Source: the human T2T-CHM13v2.0 reference genome, Homo sapiens. From it: DNA of 64,000 bases. The notes under the pieces were generated by a model, which saw only the letters and a program-made list of their open reading frames with translations, did no database searches and was not told the origin of the DNA. The number at the start of each line of letters is the position of its first letter. Position 1 is the first letter of the stretch. Of this stretch, positions 1 to 13,222 are shown in pieces. Position numbers and translations under genes: made by a program. The stretch lies in NCBI RefSeq assembly GCF_009914755.1, contig NC_060929.1; one strand, written 5' to 3'.

Positions 1-103
1 ACCTAATCACCTCCCAAGGGTCCCACTGCCTAAAGCCATTGCATTGGAGATCAGGTCTCAACGTACAAATTTGCAGGGAACATAAACATTCGGTTTCTGG
101 CAG
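1..103 (-). mobile_element. MaLR LTR (MLT1/MST type), 5' end, cut by the window edge
   Basis: acctaatcacctcccaaggg...cataaacattcggtttctggca resembles the reverse complement of the MLT1/MST LTR start (tgctatggtctgaatgt...ggaggtgattaggt). Confidence 0.75.
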
Positions 104-138
104 TATTTAAAGTTATGGACTAGATAAGACCATCTAAG

Positions 139-420
139 ACAGTGCTTTTCAAAATATGTCTAGTGAATGGCCTTTGTTTTTTCTAATTTGCTGTAGACTG
201 ATGCTTTTAAATACAATAAAAATAAATCTAAGGGAAAACAAAATTTAAGGAAAACTGAAATAAATACATACTAAATACGAGTGCCACTTTTTTTTTTGCT
301 AATAGAGTTAATAGACATAAAATTATTCTGTCAAATTGCTGTAAAAGTTTCTTAACACTCACTCTGGCTTCCTGTACTTATCTTGCTATGGACTGAGAAC
401 AAACAATTCACAGAGAGTGC
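139..420 (-). mobile_element. MER5C-like hAT-Charlie MITE
   Basis: cagtgcttttcaaa terminus, plus internal gacataaaattattctgtcaaattgctgtaaaagtttct and ctgtacttatcttg matching the recalled MER5C consensus in reverse. Confidence 0.7.
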
Positions 421-1254
421 TTGTTCATGGATCATGCTGTTAGTCACACCAACCTGGGAATGAGTGTGGAGGGAAAAGGGACCCTGAGCCACAACTTTGC
501 CCTCAGAAAGATGAGAAGGGAGGTGGGAATTCAGCAGACTGTGGTTCCTAGAATCCAGATGAAGATGTTTCAAGAAAAACGAGGCAATTACATAGTATAT
601 GCAAAATAGATCCCCAGGCATTAACTGTAATAATGAAATACCAGAGTGAATGGAAAGATGTTATTTTGCTTTTACACGTTCCTTCCCCAAGCTTTCATGG
701 TGGTACGGCTCTACCAATCTTAAGCTTTGTTTATGCATGGCCTATTCTAAGATCATCTGGGGACAAACCTGAATGAGGAGGTCTCCCAAAAGAGCAACAG
801 GATTGCCAAAGTAAAAGTTGCATCAGGGTCCAACCTAAAAGTACTAGCCAAGTGTCTCAACTCTTAGATTGGATGCTGTAGGGGGTCAACCTGGCCATTA
901 AAGTCATTACCACACCAACCATTTCTGTGTATTAGGGTTATCCTTCTTTATTTTCAGCAGTAGCTATTATTTCAGCCAACATCTATCCAAACCATGCCAA
1001 CAATATAGGAATATACTTGATTCTCAGCAAAGGTGATTTCTTCGGACAAAGGAAAAAATATCTATGCACAATGGTTAGTTGGTTCAAATGCACACATACG
1101 GACCCAACATAAGATGACTGCCTGATGTAGAGCCATAAGGGAATCGTGGGATCCAGGTTTTCCATCTGTAACTCATCCTCCCACTTATAAATATTACCCC
1201 ATCTTTCTTACTTAGGCTGCTGCTTGTCTCTGCTCATCCCTCCACCTCTGTTCC

Positions 1255-1268
1255 CCACCTGGGGGCAG
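1255..1268 (+). promoter_or_regulatory. Candidate CTCF core motif
   Basis: CCACCTGGGGGCAG vs consensus CCASYAGRKGGCRS, one mismatch; motif only, no binding data. Confidence 0.4.
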
Positions 1269-1409
1269 CTGAACTTGGACTATTGCCCAGCTAGATGTTA
1301 GGATGAAGGCCCATTCTAATACTTTGCTGGTAATTCTTTTTAATTATCCACAAATGTCTAAACATTTTCTGGCCCTTACCCAGTCCCAATCTGGCAGCTT
1401 TACCTATTC

Positions 1410-1685
1410 CAGTGGTTCTCAATCAGGAGTGATTTTGCTCCCCAGGGAACACCTGGAAAAGTCTAGAGGAATTCTGATATAACTGGAGTGATTTTGCTCC
1501 CCAGGGAACACCTGGAAAAGTCTAGAGGAATTCTGATATAACTGGGAGGGGGTGAGGTACTACTGGCATCTTGTGGGTAGAGAGTAGGGATGCTGTTTAA
1601 CATCCTGCAATGCACAGGACAGGCCCTGACAACAAACAGTTATCTGGCCCCAGATGCCAAAAGTGCCAGAGTTAAAGAACTTTGC
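1410..1685 (+). mobile_element. MER20 hAT-Charlie MITE carrying an internal 59-bp duplication
   Basis: cagtggttctcaa start, gattttgctccccaggg, tactggcatc, gatgctgtttaacatcctgcaatgcacaggacag, tatctggccccagatgccaaaagtgcc. Confidence 0.85.
1426..1543. repeat. Perfect tandem duplication, 2 x 59 bp
   Basis: ggagtgattttgctccccagggaacacctggaaaagtctagaggaattctgatataact at 1426-1484 and identically at 1485-1543. Confidence 0.95.
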
Positions 1686-1754
1686 CTTGTACTTCATTAT
1701 TGTGTCCTCCATGCTAATGTTTCTCACCACTTAAATATTGTAGATGTTTTCAGG

Positions 1755-2091
1755 TTGATTGTGTCCCCACCCACATCTCACCTTGAATTATAATAATCAC
1801 CACGTGTCAAGGGTGGGGCCAGGTGGAGATAATTGAATCATAGGGGTTTCCCCCATACTGTTCTCCTGGTAGTGAATAAGTCTTACAAGATCTGATGGTT
1901 TTGTAAATGGGAGTTCCCCTACATAAGCCCTCTCTTGCCTGACACCATGTGTTTGCTTCTCTTTTGCCTTCTGTCATGATTGTGAGGCCTCCCCAGCCAT
2001 GTGGAACTATGAGTCCCTTAAACCTCTTTCCTTTATAAATTACCCAGTCTCGAATATGTCTTTATTAGCAGCATGAGAACAGACTAATACA
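1755..2091 (+). mobile_element. THE1 (THE1B-like) MaLR solo LTR
   Basis: gtgtccccacccacatctcaccttgaatt...aattgaatca...gaggcctccccagccatgtggaact...aaacctctttcctttataaattacccagtctc...agactaataca. Confidence 0.9.
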
Positions 2092-2099
2092 AGGGCTAA

Positions 2100-2330
2100 T
2101 TTTTTTTGTTTGTTTGTTTCTTTTGATAGGGTCTCGCTCTGTCATCCAGGCTAGAGTGCAGTGATGCAATCATAGCTCACTGCAGGCTCAAACTTGGGGA
2201 CTCAAGTGATATTCCCACTTTAGCCTCCCAAGTAGCTGGGACTATAAGCATGTACCACTATACTTGGCTAATTTTTTTCTCAAACTCCTGGCCTCAAGTG
2301 ATTGTCCTTCCTTGGCCTCCTAAAGTGTTG
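2100..2330 (-). mobile_element. AluJ, internally deleted
   Basis: T-rich tail, gggtctcgctctgtcatccaggctagagtgcagtgatgcaatcatagctcactgcag (J-type); part of the left arm missing. Confidence 0.85.
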
Positions 2331-2365
2331 CCATGGCTAACATGTCTTTAAGATTTCAACAGTTA

Positions 2366-3267
<902 letters not shown>

Positions 3268-5568
3268 CTACAAAAAAAATCTTCCTCATTAGGCAGATGA
3301 CACCTTTTTCTGAGCTGTATACTTGCAGGTAAGGGACAAGTTTTGGTGGGGACACTGGCTGGATTCCAGCCTTACACTGCCCTCTGGGCCAGGCATTTTT
3401 GTTTGAGGCACAACCTGCACAGACTTATGCTTCAGCCTGGCTTGAGTAATATCTTTGAGATGAGGATTCTGTTTCGTTTTTATTTACTGAAGAAACATAA
3501 GAGCCTTCTTTGTGTCTATTTTAGGTGCTTGAGTATACCAAGGAATAAAATAAGTAAAGATCCCTTCCCTCAAAGAATTTATATAGTGATGCTTATAATC
3601 TAGTGGAGCTTGCATTTTTAAAGTTGATGATGTAAAGCTAATAATAACTATACACTGTAAGTGAAAACTAATAAATTACTCAACATTTCTTCCTTAGGTG
3701 CAGATAGTAGTGACCTGGTTTAAATAGTACCAGTGCCTTGGACTAGGCTTTCTTCCTCTTGCAGAATGCTCCAGCTGACCTCACAATGGGGAGGAGGACA
3801 TGTGCCTTCTTGTACTACTTGCTATCACACTATCCTCTGACCTTGAGTCTTTGCTAGTAGCTTGGTTTAGTGTAAAGGGAAGCATGTTACCCCCTATAGG
3901 ACTAGCACTTCCTGCAGCCCCACCTGCAGTTTCTATCAAGTCTCTGATTGAACATTTAATCTAAAAGCTCCATTCTGAATTTATGAGCTGTTTCCTGCTT
4001 CTTTTTGTTTTATTTTGCTTTTCTTGCCTTTGGGCACCTGAAGCCTATGTCTTGGGCCATGTCAGTCAAAAGGTTGCTTGTGCATTTTTTTTTCCTGTTT
4101 TGGGGGTTTTGGATCACTATTGCCCTAACGTCATGAGCGGCTGCCTTACTCCAGTTTCTATATACCACCATCACTATCCCTAACCACAGTTCTGGAGCAA
4201 AGCATACAAGAGCACAGAAAACCAAAAATAAAGTTTCTAAAACAGATAGCAGTGAGAAGCTCATGTAGGTGGACTGCAGATCTGAAGTTCACTGGCAGAA
4301 GTGGGACTGACACTTGGTCTACCTTTGACATCTGGAAAGACACAATGCACAAACCTACATGACATAAATTATTGAATCCAGTCATTCCTATTCTAGGACT
4401 GTGACAGCTTTATACCTGTTCCATTGAAAAAGAATGATGATTTTTTTTTTCAAAAAGACATAATGCATCAAACACATTTCTGTTTCCGTGTTGTGGTTCC
4501 AAGGTGCTATGATTTCTGACCATTGTGTGCTTTCAGAGATATTTCCATGATGTTCAGTGAAGCTAGACTTCTGTATAATTGGGCTATCATAATTGTTACA
4601 CTATTGAACACTTGCCTTTTGTTCCCATAAGGCTCTAGCCCAGTGGTAAAAATTTTTCTTTTCACTTTTTCTTTGATCAGTGGTCAGATGGTAACTGGAA
4701 TTTGGGTTGCATGAAATGGACCATTAGGGGACTGAAGGATATGACGTGGTGGATAATGTTTGAAAGGAAGGATTCTGTAAACATGGAGGTTTAGATGAGA
4801 ACTTAGCTGCTTTGAAGACCAGGCCAGATTTCAGGCTGCTCAAGGGAGTCATTTATAGACTTACATCTACAAATGGTTTTGATTCAGAAAACCCTTGGCT
4901 ATGTTTGTTTGAAATCTAAGGATTTTGATATCTTCTCGCTGAGTTTTGACTCATTTATAAGAATAGTGAATATTAGAGACCATACAACTTACACACAAAT
5001 AGAAGGGAATCACATTCTTTTCCTGTCATTTTGGAGAGGGAACCTTACCATAGTCAAAGCAGGTGAAACTTATGATTCATTGTCGATTTTTAATAATATA
5101 TGTCAAAGGGAGGGGTGCAAGGGGCAAGATCTGAAACAACGGCTCACCTTAAAAATGCATTTGCGTTTGGTGTTTGGAGGATTTGCTCTCATTACTTTTG
5201 TAGCAGATTAACATTTGAAGTCATGTTTGTTTTTCTCAGACTAGTATTAAACTGGGTGCATAATAATTACCCAGCAGCAGGAATCTGGTAACAGATTAAG
5301 AATGGAGAATCCATAGAGTCAGTATGAATAAGGGAGACCCAATGTCTCTCTGGAAATACCACAGAATGAAGTAATAGAAAAATCATTTTACCTCACTAAG
5401 GAATTATAAGTTTCATGGCTCCTTTTGCAAAAGTTTGAAGACCTTGAGTTTATTTCATGTCGATCTTCAGAATTTTAATTTCTAGTGCACTGAATTTACA
5501 CATTGCTTCACATGGAAGTGTATGTACTGGTGAAAACACAAAATAGAATGTTTAATAAAATTGCAGGG

Positions 5569-5683
5569 GGCTAGGAGGGATAACATTAGGAGAAATAACT
5601 AATGTAGGTGACATATACCTACGTAACAAAACTGCACGTTCTGCACATGTAACCCGGAACTTAAAGTATAATAATAAAAATAA
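5569..5683 (+). mobile_element. Very short 5'-truncated L1PA 3' end, 15-bp TSD
   Basis: gggataacattaggagaaataactaatgtag...ctgcacgttctgcacatgtaacccggaacttaaagtataataa; TSD aataaaattgcaggg at 5554-5568 and 5684-5698. Confidence 0.9.
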
Positions 5684-7274
5684 AATAAAATTGCAGGGAA
5701 GGGGTTAGAGGCTTTTGAATTCAAATCTTGGGGGAAAAATGGAAGGAGACATATGCTTAAGATGATCTCTATTTTCAGTGGACAGAGCTAAGTTGGTGAG
5801 AAAGGCTGGGGGCCTGTGCTTTGTCAGGTAGTTTTCATGGGGAGAAAATGTTGGGTAAAAGAAACCCAGATTGAGAAATAGTCAACAGACCTCAGTTTCT
5901 CAGTGCATTTTATTTTATTTTATTTTTATCCCAAGCCATTGGATTTCTCTGACCCACCAGGACCAAGACAAGTAACAGGAGGTGAGAATATAGGATTTCA
6001 AAAGCATTAAGAGTTGTAATTTTTTTTGAAGTCCAGAAACAATATGCATCTTGATATGCAATAAAGGACTTTGCAGACTTCTCATTGAATCAGCAGTGCT
6101 TTGTTTACTGTACTTTTTTATTACTTCATTTTAGTAAATGTATGAATATTTATATAGACTTGTATAAATTCACCCCTAACCTCAGTTCCTCAAGGCTTCT
6201 TTTACAGTCACATCTTAAATTCGTCAACCACAAGTTATCCTTCTAGAAGGTTCTTGGCGAACTGTAAACTACTTCAGGGACCACTGTACTTTCACTATCA
6301 TTGTTCGTTTTTATTTCAGTGGTGTGTCCAGGGATTTGTCCTTAGTTTAATCAATCTTTGTTTTCAGCAAAATGTTGACGTTAGGGCAAAGTTGTTTTTG
6401 TGGCTGTTGTGATAAGACCTTGAACATTTTCGCCGCTGCAATTCAAGAAGCACTTGGCTACTCTGTGGCAGGCAGACTCTGAGGATTATAACTCCTCTTG
6501 CAGGGAGGGCTGGAACCTCCCTAGGGAGCAGGCGGGGGCTGGACAGTCTGCCAGACACACGCTCTCTAGGACACACTCTCTCTTTTTTTCCCCGTATAGT
6601 GCTTGTGACTGATGAATTCAATGAGCGCTTCAATTCTCCTACTTTGTTCTTTCAGCAGACCATTTGTGTCTTTGAGAGCTTATTTTGGCAAATGAATAAT
6701 CAGCTATCCAAATTGGCTCAAGGACGATCAAGGGGAATATTTGACCTCTACTTTAGATGATCTACATTTTTAATGTTAGTATTTGTGACTTAGCAGAGCG
6801 GTTGATCATAACTGGCCTTCTTTCTTCCTCATCTGTGAGCATACATCAAAGGCTCCAAAATATGCACACAAGACAAGTTTAAAAGCCCTCATCATTGTGA
6901 AAATTTCTTGTGATTTTTATTTTAATTGGGAGAGAAGGAGGTGTGGACAGGAGATGCTCATGGCTATTTTTTCTACAGATCAAATCCATAGATCTACATT
7001 GTATTGTTTTTCTCCTTTCAGAACTTTAGTATAAATTCATTACTTGTCTTATTATTGAAAAATATTATTCAGACATAGTGAGGTACTTTGATGTAGTTCT
7101 AGTGGCTATATTTGTTGTTTCTTAGAAGACTTAGCTGTCTGCAGGGGAAGTAAAAATAATGGAATTAAGCAGTGGGATCATCCCCCTTCAAAAGTCTTAC
7201 ATTTATTAGCATATATTTATTTTTTTAAGACAGAAGTCCACAAACTATGGCATAATAAACAATAATGCTATTCT

Positions 7275-7402
7275 GGAACATGGAAAGTCCTGGACTGGTC
7301 ATCAGATATAGGCTCTAGCCTTGACTTCACCAGCAACTGGGCGTGGGGCCATAGATAACTCATTTAACTTTCATGACTCTCAGCATTCTCATCTACAAAA
7401 AG
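7275..7402 (+). mobile_element. MIR fragment
   Basis: Degenerate core: ctcatttaactttcatgactctcagcattctcatctacaaaa. Confidence 0.55.
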
Positions 7403-7419
7403 TGTTGGATTAATTCAAT

Positions 7420-7570
7420 CAGTGGTTCTCAAATTTGAATGTGCAACAGAATCACTGGACCTCATTACCATATTCAGTAAAGCTTGGGTGGAAATCTGCA
7501 AATTTGCCTGTCTAACATGGTCCCAGGTGATAATGATGCTGGTGTGGGGAGCACACTTTGAGAATCACTG
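7420..7570 (+). mobile_element. MER5A MITE
   Basis: Terminal inverted repeats cagtggttctcaaa / tttgagaatcactg; internal tctaacatggtcccaggtgataatgatgctg. Confidence 0.85.
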
Positions 7571-8796
7571 GATTGGATGATTTCTCTGACTACTTCTGGT
7601 ATTAACATTGGGTGACTTTTATGCTCTGTGGCTAGAATGATCTGCTTAGAGCTTCAGAATGCATTGGCTGTGATGGGTCCAATGGGCAAGTGCTACGAGT
7701 AGAACTGAATAAGAGCAGAAATTTGAATCAATAGAGTCATATGGTTTTAGGATGGCCCAAATATTAGCAGTATCTCTGAGTGGTCAAACCCCCCAACCAA
7801 GAGTTGGTGTATTGGAGTCCAGCAGCAGGGGCATCACATGGTGGTGGCTAGAGCAAGCTGAGCATTTGGTTGGACTGATGAGATCAGTGTAAATGATGTG
7901 ACACATTTCAACAGGCTTATGTACATATTGGATACGGGAAAAAGAAGATTTTGATTGATTTCACAAGTTAGACACCGGGCAACCAATAAATGCCACTTGC
8001 ATTGCTACCATTAATGTAGCTTTTTATACCAATGAGAAAACTGTACTATTCTAAAAGTAAAATGAAATTAAATAGGCTCTAGTTGTATCTGTATCTCTAC
8101 TGTCCTTCGGGAATAGTGAAGTAACTATACAAGCACAAGCACGTACATTATTAACTAAGAACAGTGGTGGCATTTTTCTTTGTTGTCTAGACTCTACTAG
8201 GCTCTTCTAGTGATTCTGGAAATCATTAAATCCTTGTTTTTTTCAAACCTCACCCACAAGGTTTTCAAGTACATTTCAGTTCCTGCTCAACACAGGACAA
8301 CACTTGCTCACTACAATGACCAAAGTACCTGACTTCTAGATGCAGGCTTGGAAGTGAGAGAGACTGATTGGAACTATTTTTAGTTGTGATGTTTTTCTTG
8401 AATGCTCTCTGATGGGAAAATAAAGGGGAATGGCTTGAGTTTATTTCTTCATATTTAGGAAATCCCTTCTGCCTCTGTTGTTCAACTTCCAAATTATTGA
8501 AACACTTTCCAAAACCTCATGCCCCTCAAATTTGTATACTAGACCATTGCCTGAAAACAAGTTTGTAAATATATACCCTGTAAGCCTTGAAAAAGGCTCA
8601 GCTCAGGAGAAATTAAATTGTATTTTGTATTTTAGTGGATAATATGGTACTGTGGGCATTAACAAAAATATGTAATTAGGGAGAATCAATATATTCCATC
8701 CAAGAACTTCTCTTATCAAAAGAGAGGGTAGAAGAATTGAAAACATGAATGAATAGGCATGAAAGATGGATTTCCAAAGACCAGCTAGCTTTGCTC

Positions 8797-8856
8797 TGTG
8801 TGTGTGCGTGTGTGTATATGTGTGTGATTTTCTCTCTCTCTCTTTCTCTCTGTGTC
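8797..8856. repeat. Compound (TG)n/(TC)n microsatellite
   Basis: tgtgtgtgtgcgtgtgtgtatatgtgtgtg followed by tctctctctctctttctctc. Confidence 0.85.
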
Positions 8857-11714
8857 TCCCATATACAGATATAAATTGTGTTGTCCCATCTATCTAATGA
8901 GTAGGTTAGATTAGATCAGTAGTTCTTTAAAAAGGCAGTTTCTGCACACCAACAATTATATCGCAGTCTGCAAATAGCTATATTTTGCTTGGGCAACAAA
9001 GCCGAGGAAGCCTCAGTTTGTAATTTAACCGAAAACAGTTTTCAAAAAGCACATCCAGTAGAAATATCCTTGGCTTCTTACCTTCTTTCTCCATCAAGGT
9101 GAACACTTTTCATTACACCTAGAAATAGCCAAACAGCCAGTAAAAAATCACTGGCCAGTACAAATTCTTAGGCAATAGGAACTAACCAGATGTTTTATCA
9201 GCCAATCAGAATGCTGTAAAATAACCTGAGAAAGGCTGGCACTGAAGACGTTTGTGGCAATCCAGTGCCTAGCACAGAAGATACTTGTGTGTATTGCATC
9301 AACTGCTCCCAGTTCTCCATAGCAGTGGAGGAGAAGTCAGAGAGAGAAGAGAGAGACCAGCTTCTAGACTTCCCTACTGCCCTACTGGCTGGTTGCATTA
9401 AAAGCATCTGTTTAATGAGAGTTTGCCAAGTTTACTTATTACTAAATAACATGTAAATTGGTATTTGCAGCTGTACTAAGAATTTTCACAGTTCTAGGAT
9501 TAGCCTGAAAGCAGTTCAATCTAGTTACTGATTTATGTGTTTCTGAAATCTAAAAAATTTTCCCAAGACCCTGCTCAGACTTTTTTTTCACTAAGTCTAG
9601 ATGGTGTTTTCAAATATTTTACATAAATATATTTCACTGTAAAAATGTAAACTTTATACATGATATTTAACAATTCCTTATATTAAGAGGAAGCAAAAAA
9701 GCAGCTAAGAAAAATGTTTTTACTCTCCATATTTCTTTCTACCTTCATGTAAATGGGAATACTTTAGTTTTATGATAACAGACCGGTTTTAAAAATCTTA
9801 CTTACCTCATCCTTATAAGCATTTCAGTGTTAGCTGAAAGTAAATTACTCTCTTTCCTTTCTCCATTTTCATAATCTATTGCCGCCATTTGGAAATATCT
9901 GTTCTCATTAGTAACTATGGCACTTGCAGCCTAAATGGTCATGAAGTCACTATCCGGACCATTTTTAGGATGTCCCTGTTGGATGCAAGTAGTTTAAAGC
10001 CATATGATTCGTTTTTATTAGCTGTGCTGTTCTTAACCAGGGATAATAAAGGCTTTGCAAGTCAAGTCTGCATGGCAAAAAAGGTGTCCACAAGTGTGAA
10101 TGGCTCATTTTTAATGACTAGCCAACAGCCACTTGTAAAAGATGTAATTGAAATTGTTCAGAGATTAGGTTCCGTCTGCTTTGTCCTCCTTCTCAAAAGT
10201 TTTCATGGATCCAAGCTATTCTTAAGCATTGTTTAATACTAGAAATAGCCTTTATGGACTAATAATAAGAAAGAAAAAGGCAAATTTTAAAAGATATTCC
10301 AAATTCAAAGAAAATAAGTTTGGCAGCCTGACTTTTGATTATCTGTAAAAATCAGGGCCAATAGTTTGAACGGAAGAGTAAATATGAAGGTTTTCTAAAC
10401 AGTTTTTTCTGGAAGAGAGGGTTGGAGGTGAGAAGTTCTCCTTTATTCAGCAGCAGTGCCTACAAAAAACATAAATGGTGTTTCTGTGAACCTCAAAAAG
10501 TAAATCAGTGAGTGGATGTAGGAATTGGGGTAAATGAGCAATAGCTGCCTTGTCATTTCAAGTTCTGTGTCTTACTCCTATTTCACAATCCTTTCATAGG
10601 AGAGAGAGAGAGAGTTTTCTTTAAAGGCAAGGTTTGTGGGTAAGAAAAATTATTGAAATAATGTAGGAATAACTCAAAACCAGAGAAGCCTTTGACTCAG
10701 TTCAAAGAGGCTATTAGGAGGAAATTGACTAAAGCTGTACAGACTCTAAGACCTGGGCACTTACATTCCTTTGCATTTCTTGAAGAATGCTTTGAATTCT
10801 TGTTCTACTCCTAGGAGGCTCTCGAACTTCAGATACTAATCTCAAAGAGAGTTATGGAGTCCAGAAGACATCAATTCCCTGTGACAAACAGAAAACTAAT
10901 TTACATTCCTGCTGAAACTCTGTAGATTTTATTTTCTCAGGAAAAAAAAAAAAAAAGATTTGTTTCCAGGTGCTTTCAAGTTGTTGTGATAGAGCTAGAG
11001 GTGATGCACAGAAGAATCTCAGATTTTCTCTGCCTTCCAGCTCTGTCATCCAGTAGCTGCAGGATGGCTGTGAAATACTGAACTGCTGTTCTGTCATTTG
11101 TAAACTGAAAATGACTAGAATTTCCATGACCGTTCTTTTGAGGATAGAAGTTGGTTACATATGTGGAAACGTTTTGTGCACTTAAGGTACTCCAGAAATC
11201 TCAAAGGGCTGAAGGATGCAGCTAAGTGGGAAGGAGGCATAATTCATGCCAACGTCAAGCAGGCTCAGTCAGCCTCTCTGTATGGCATATCCCTTTCCTC
11301 CCCACAGCTAGATGATTCCTATTTTCGTTTACAGATGAGCCCAAATGGTTCCCTTCTCTTCCTCTGTTCTCCTGTTACATTCTCTTTGTCTTGGCACGCG
11401 TTCACGGTGAAATTACGATAAAGATGAGGGAGATAACAGGTAGCACCATGGAATCAAACAGCCAAGTAGAGTTGGCAGGCAGAAAACATGATGACCACCA
11501 AGTCCAGGGTGTCCCATTTTTCCAAAGACTGGGGCCTCTTTCTTTACCATCAGAATATTTTTAAAATCGCCTCATATCTTACTAAAAAAGAAATAAGTAT
11601 CAAATGCTTAAAATACTCAAATTTCTAAAAATCAGAGAGAAAAAGTACTTTAAGGAGATATGATTTAATCTTTATATAGTCTTAAGGCGAGAAAGGACTT
11701 TATAAACAAGGGCA

Positions 11715-11850
11715 TTTTTTTTTTTTTAATTTTAGAATCAGCAGGTACATGTGCAGGTTTGGTATATGGGTATATTGCCTGATGCTGAAATTTGGGCTTC
11801 TAATGACCCTGTGACTCAAGTAGTGACCATAATACCAGGTAGGAACATTT
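11715..11850 (-). mobile_element. Older L1P (L1PA15/16 or L1PB-like) 3' end fragment
   Basis: Poly(T), then ggtacatgtgcaggtttggtatatgggtatattgcctgatgctgaaatttgggcttctaatgaccctgtgactcaagtagtga. Confidence 0.8.
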
Positions 11851-13094
11851 TTATCCAGCCCAAAGTGTCAATAGTATTGAGATCAAAATACCCTGTTGTA
11901 AATGAATGTTTTCTAAAGTGCCAAATATACAAAAACAAAGGGCCGGATAGATATATTATGGTTCTTATACCTAATGGACCATTTTGCAACAATTAACATG
12001 TTAAAGAAATGCATCTATTTATATAGAAAGCTTTTCACAGCATATTTGTTTTAAAAAGCCACTTACAAAGCTTGTGATTTCATTTTTGTTTAACACGGAC
12101 TTAATAAAATGTACCCACAGCAAGGTGTTTAAGGGATTGTCTCTGTCTTGTTGTGTGTGATTGTAGGTATTATTTTTATTTACTTTCATTGTGCAATTAA
12201 CTCGAATTGCTTCTCTATTAAGAAAAATAATAATAAAACTAATTATGGTAAGTTTTTGAAAAGTCATGCTATGGATTTACACTTTAGAGTAGTTATAATT
12301 TTAGTGTCCATTGATTTAGAAAACACATGACAAGCAGCTATTATTATTTTATTAAATCTTTAAAATACATGTCTTTAGAATAGCAACTACACACATTTGA
12401 AATATGCTAGCATATGTATCTGCCAAGAGGTTATTATACTTTCTTGGATTTGTTAAAATAATCGTGGCCACACATAAGCCTGAGGCACATACTATAAGCC
12501 ATTGATTAACCAGTAAGGTGTCTGCAAACATGAGGCTATATTTTATTTAGTAGCAGTTCATTCCTTCGGCTTTTCCTACTCTTGAAATTGCAATAAGATT
12601 GTGTCAGAATGCTGTGTTAATATAATTCTATCAATGGCAAGCCACATTTTTAAAGACTCTTTAAATGAAAAAGTGTAAATAGTATGGAATCCACAATTAA
12701 CATGGAATCCAGTCCTATTAAATAATTTCATTTAAACTTTCCTCACTTTTTTTTAATCACAACTGAACTGTAAACTTGAAAGAGGATTATGATAATGAAA
12801 TCATTTTTCCTCTTTTTTAGATGTAATTTTCCCAGAATTCCCATTGACTGCCTTTGAAATAACTTAGTCCATGATGTTGACAAAGCTTTTAAATTTGAAG
12901 AAACATCCTTACTTGTACATAGTAACAAAACAATCACTCACTGAAATTATGCTTTGTAAAATATATATTTTTAAATTTCCGGACTCGGTCGTGTATATTC
13001 AGGAAATGTAAATTATCTATTAAGACCCACAATCATTTGTGAGATGTTTATATTGTTCTCTGATAGGTATAGATGACATTAATTTCAATAGATG

Positions 13095-13222
13095 TTCATT
13101 CATGCATTCATTCATTTATTTTTTGTTCAGAAAATGTTTATCACTGTGTACTGGACACTGAGAAAATGACAGTGAACAAAATAGACAAAGTCTCTGCCCC
13201 CATGGAGATTAAATTCCATTGC
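13095..13222 (-). mobile_element. L2 3' end fragment
   Basis: (ttca)n tail, then cactgagaaaatgacagtgaacaaaatagacaaagtctctgcccccatggag. Confidence 0.75.
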
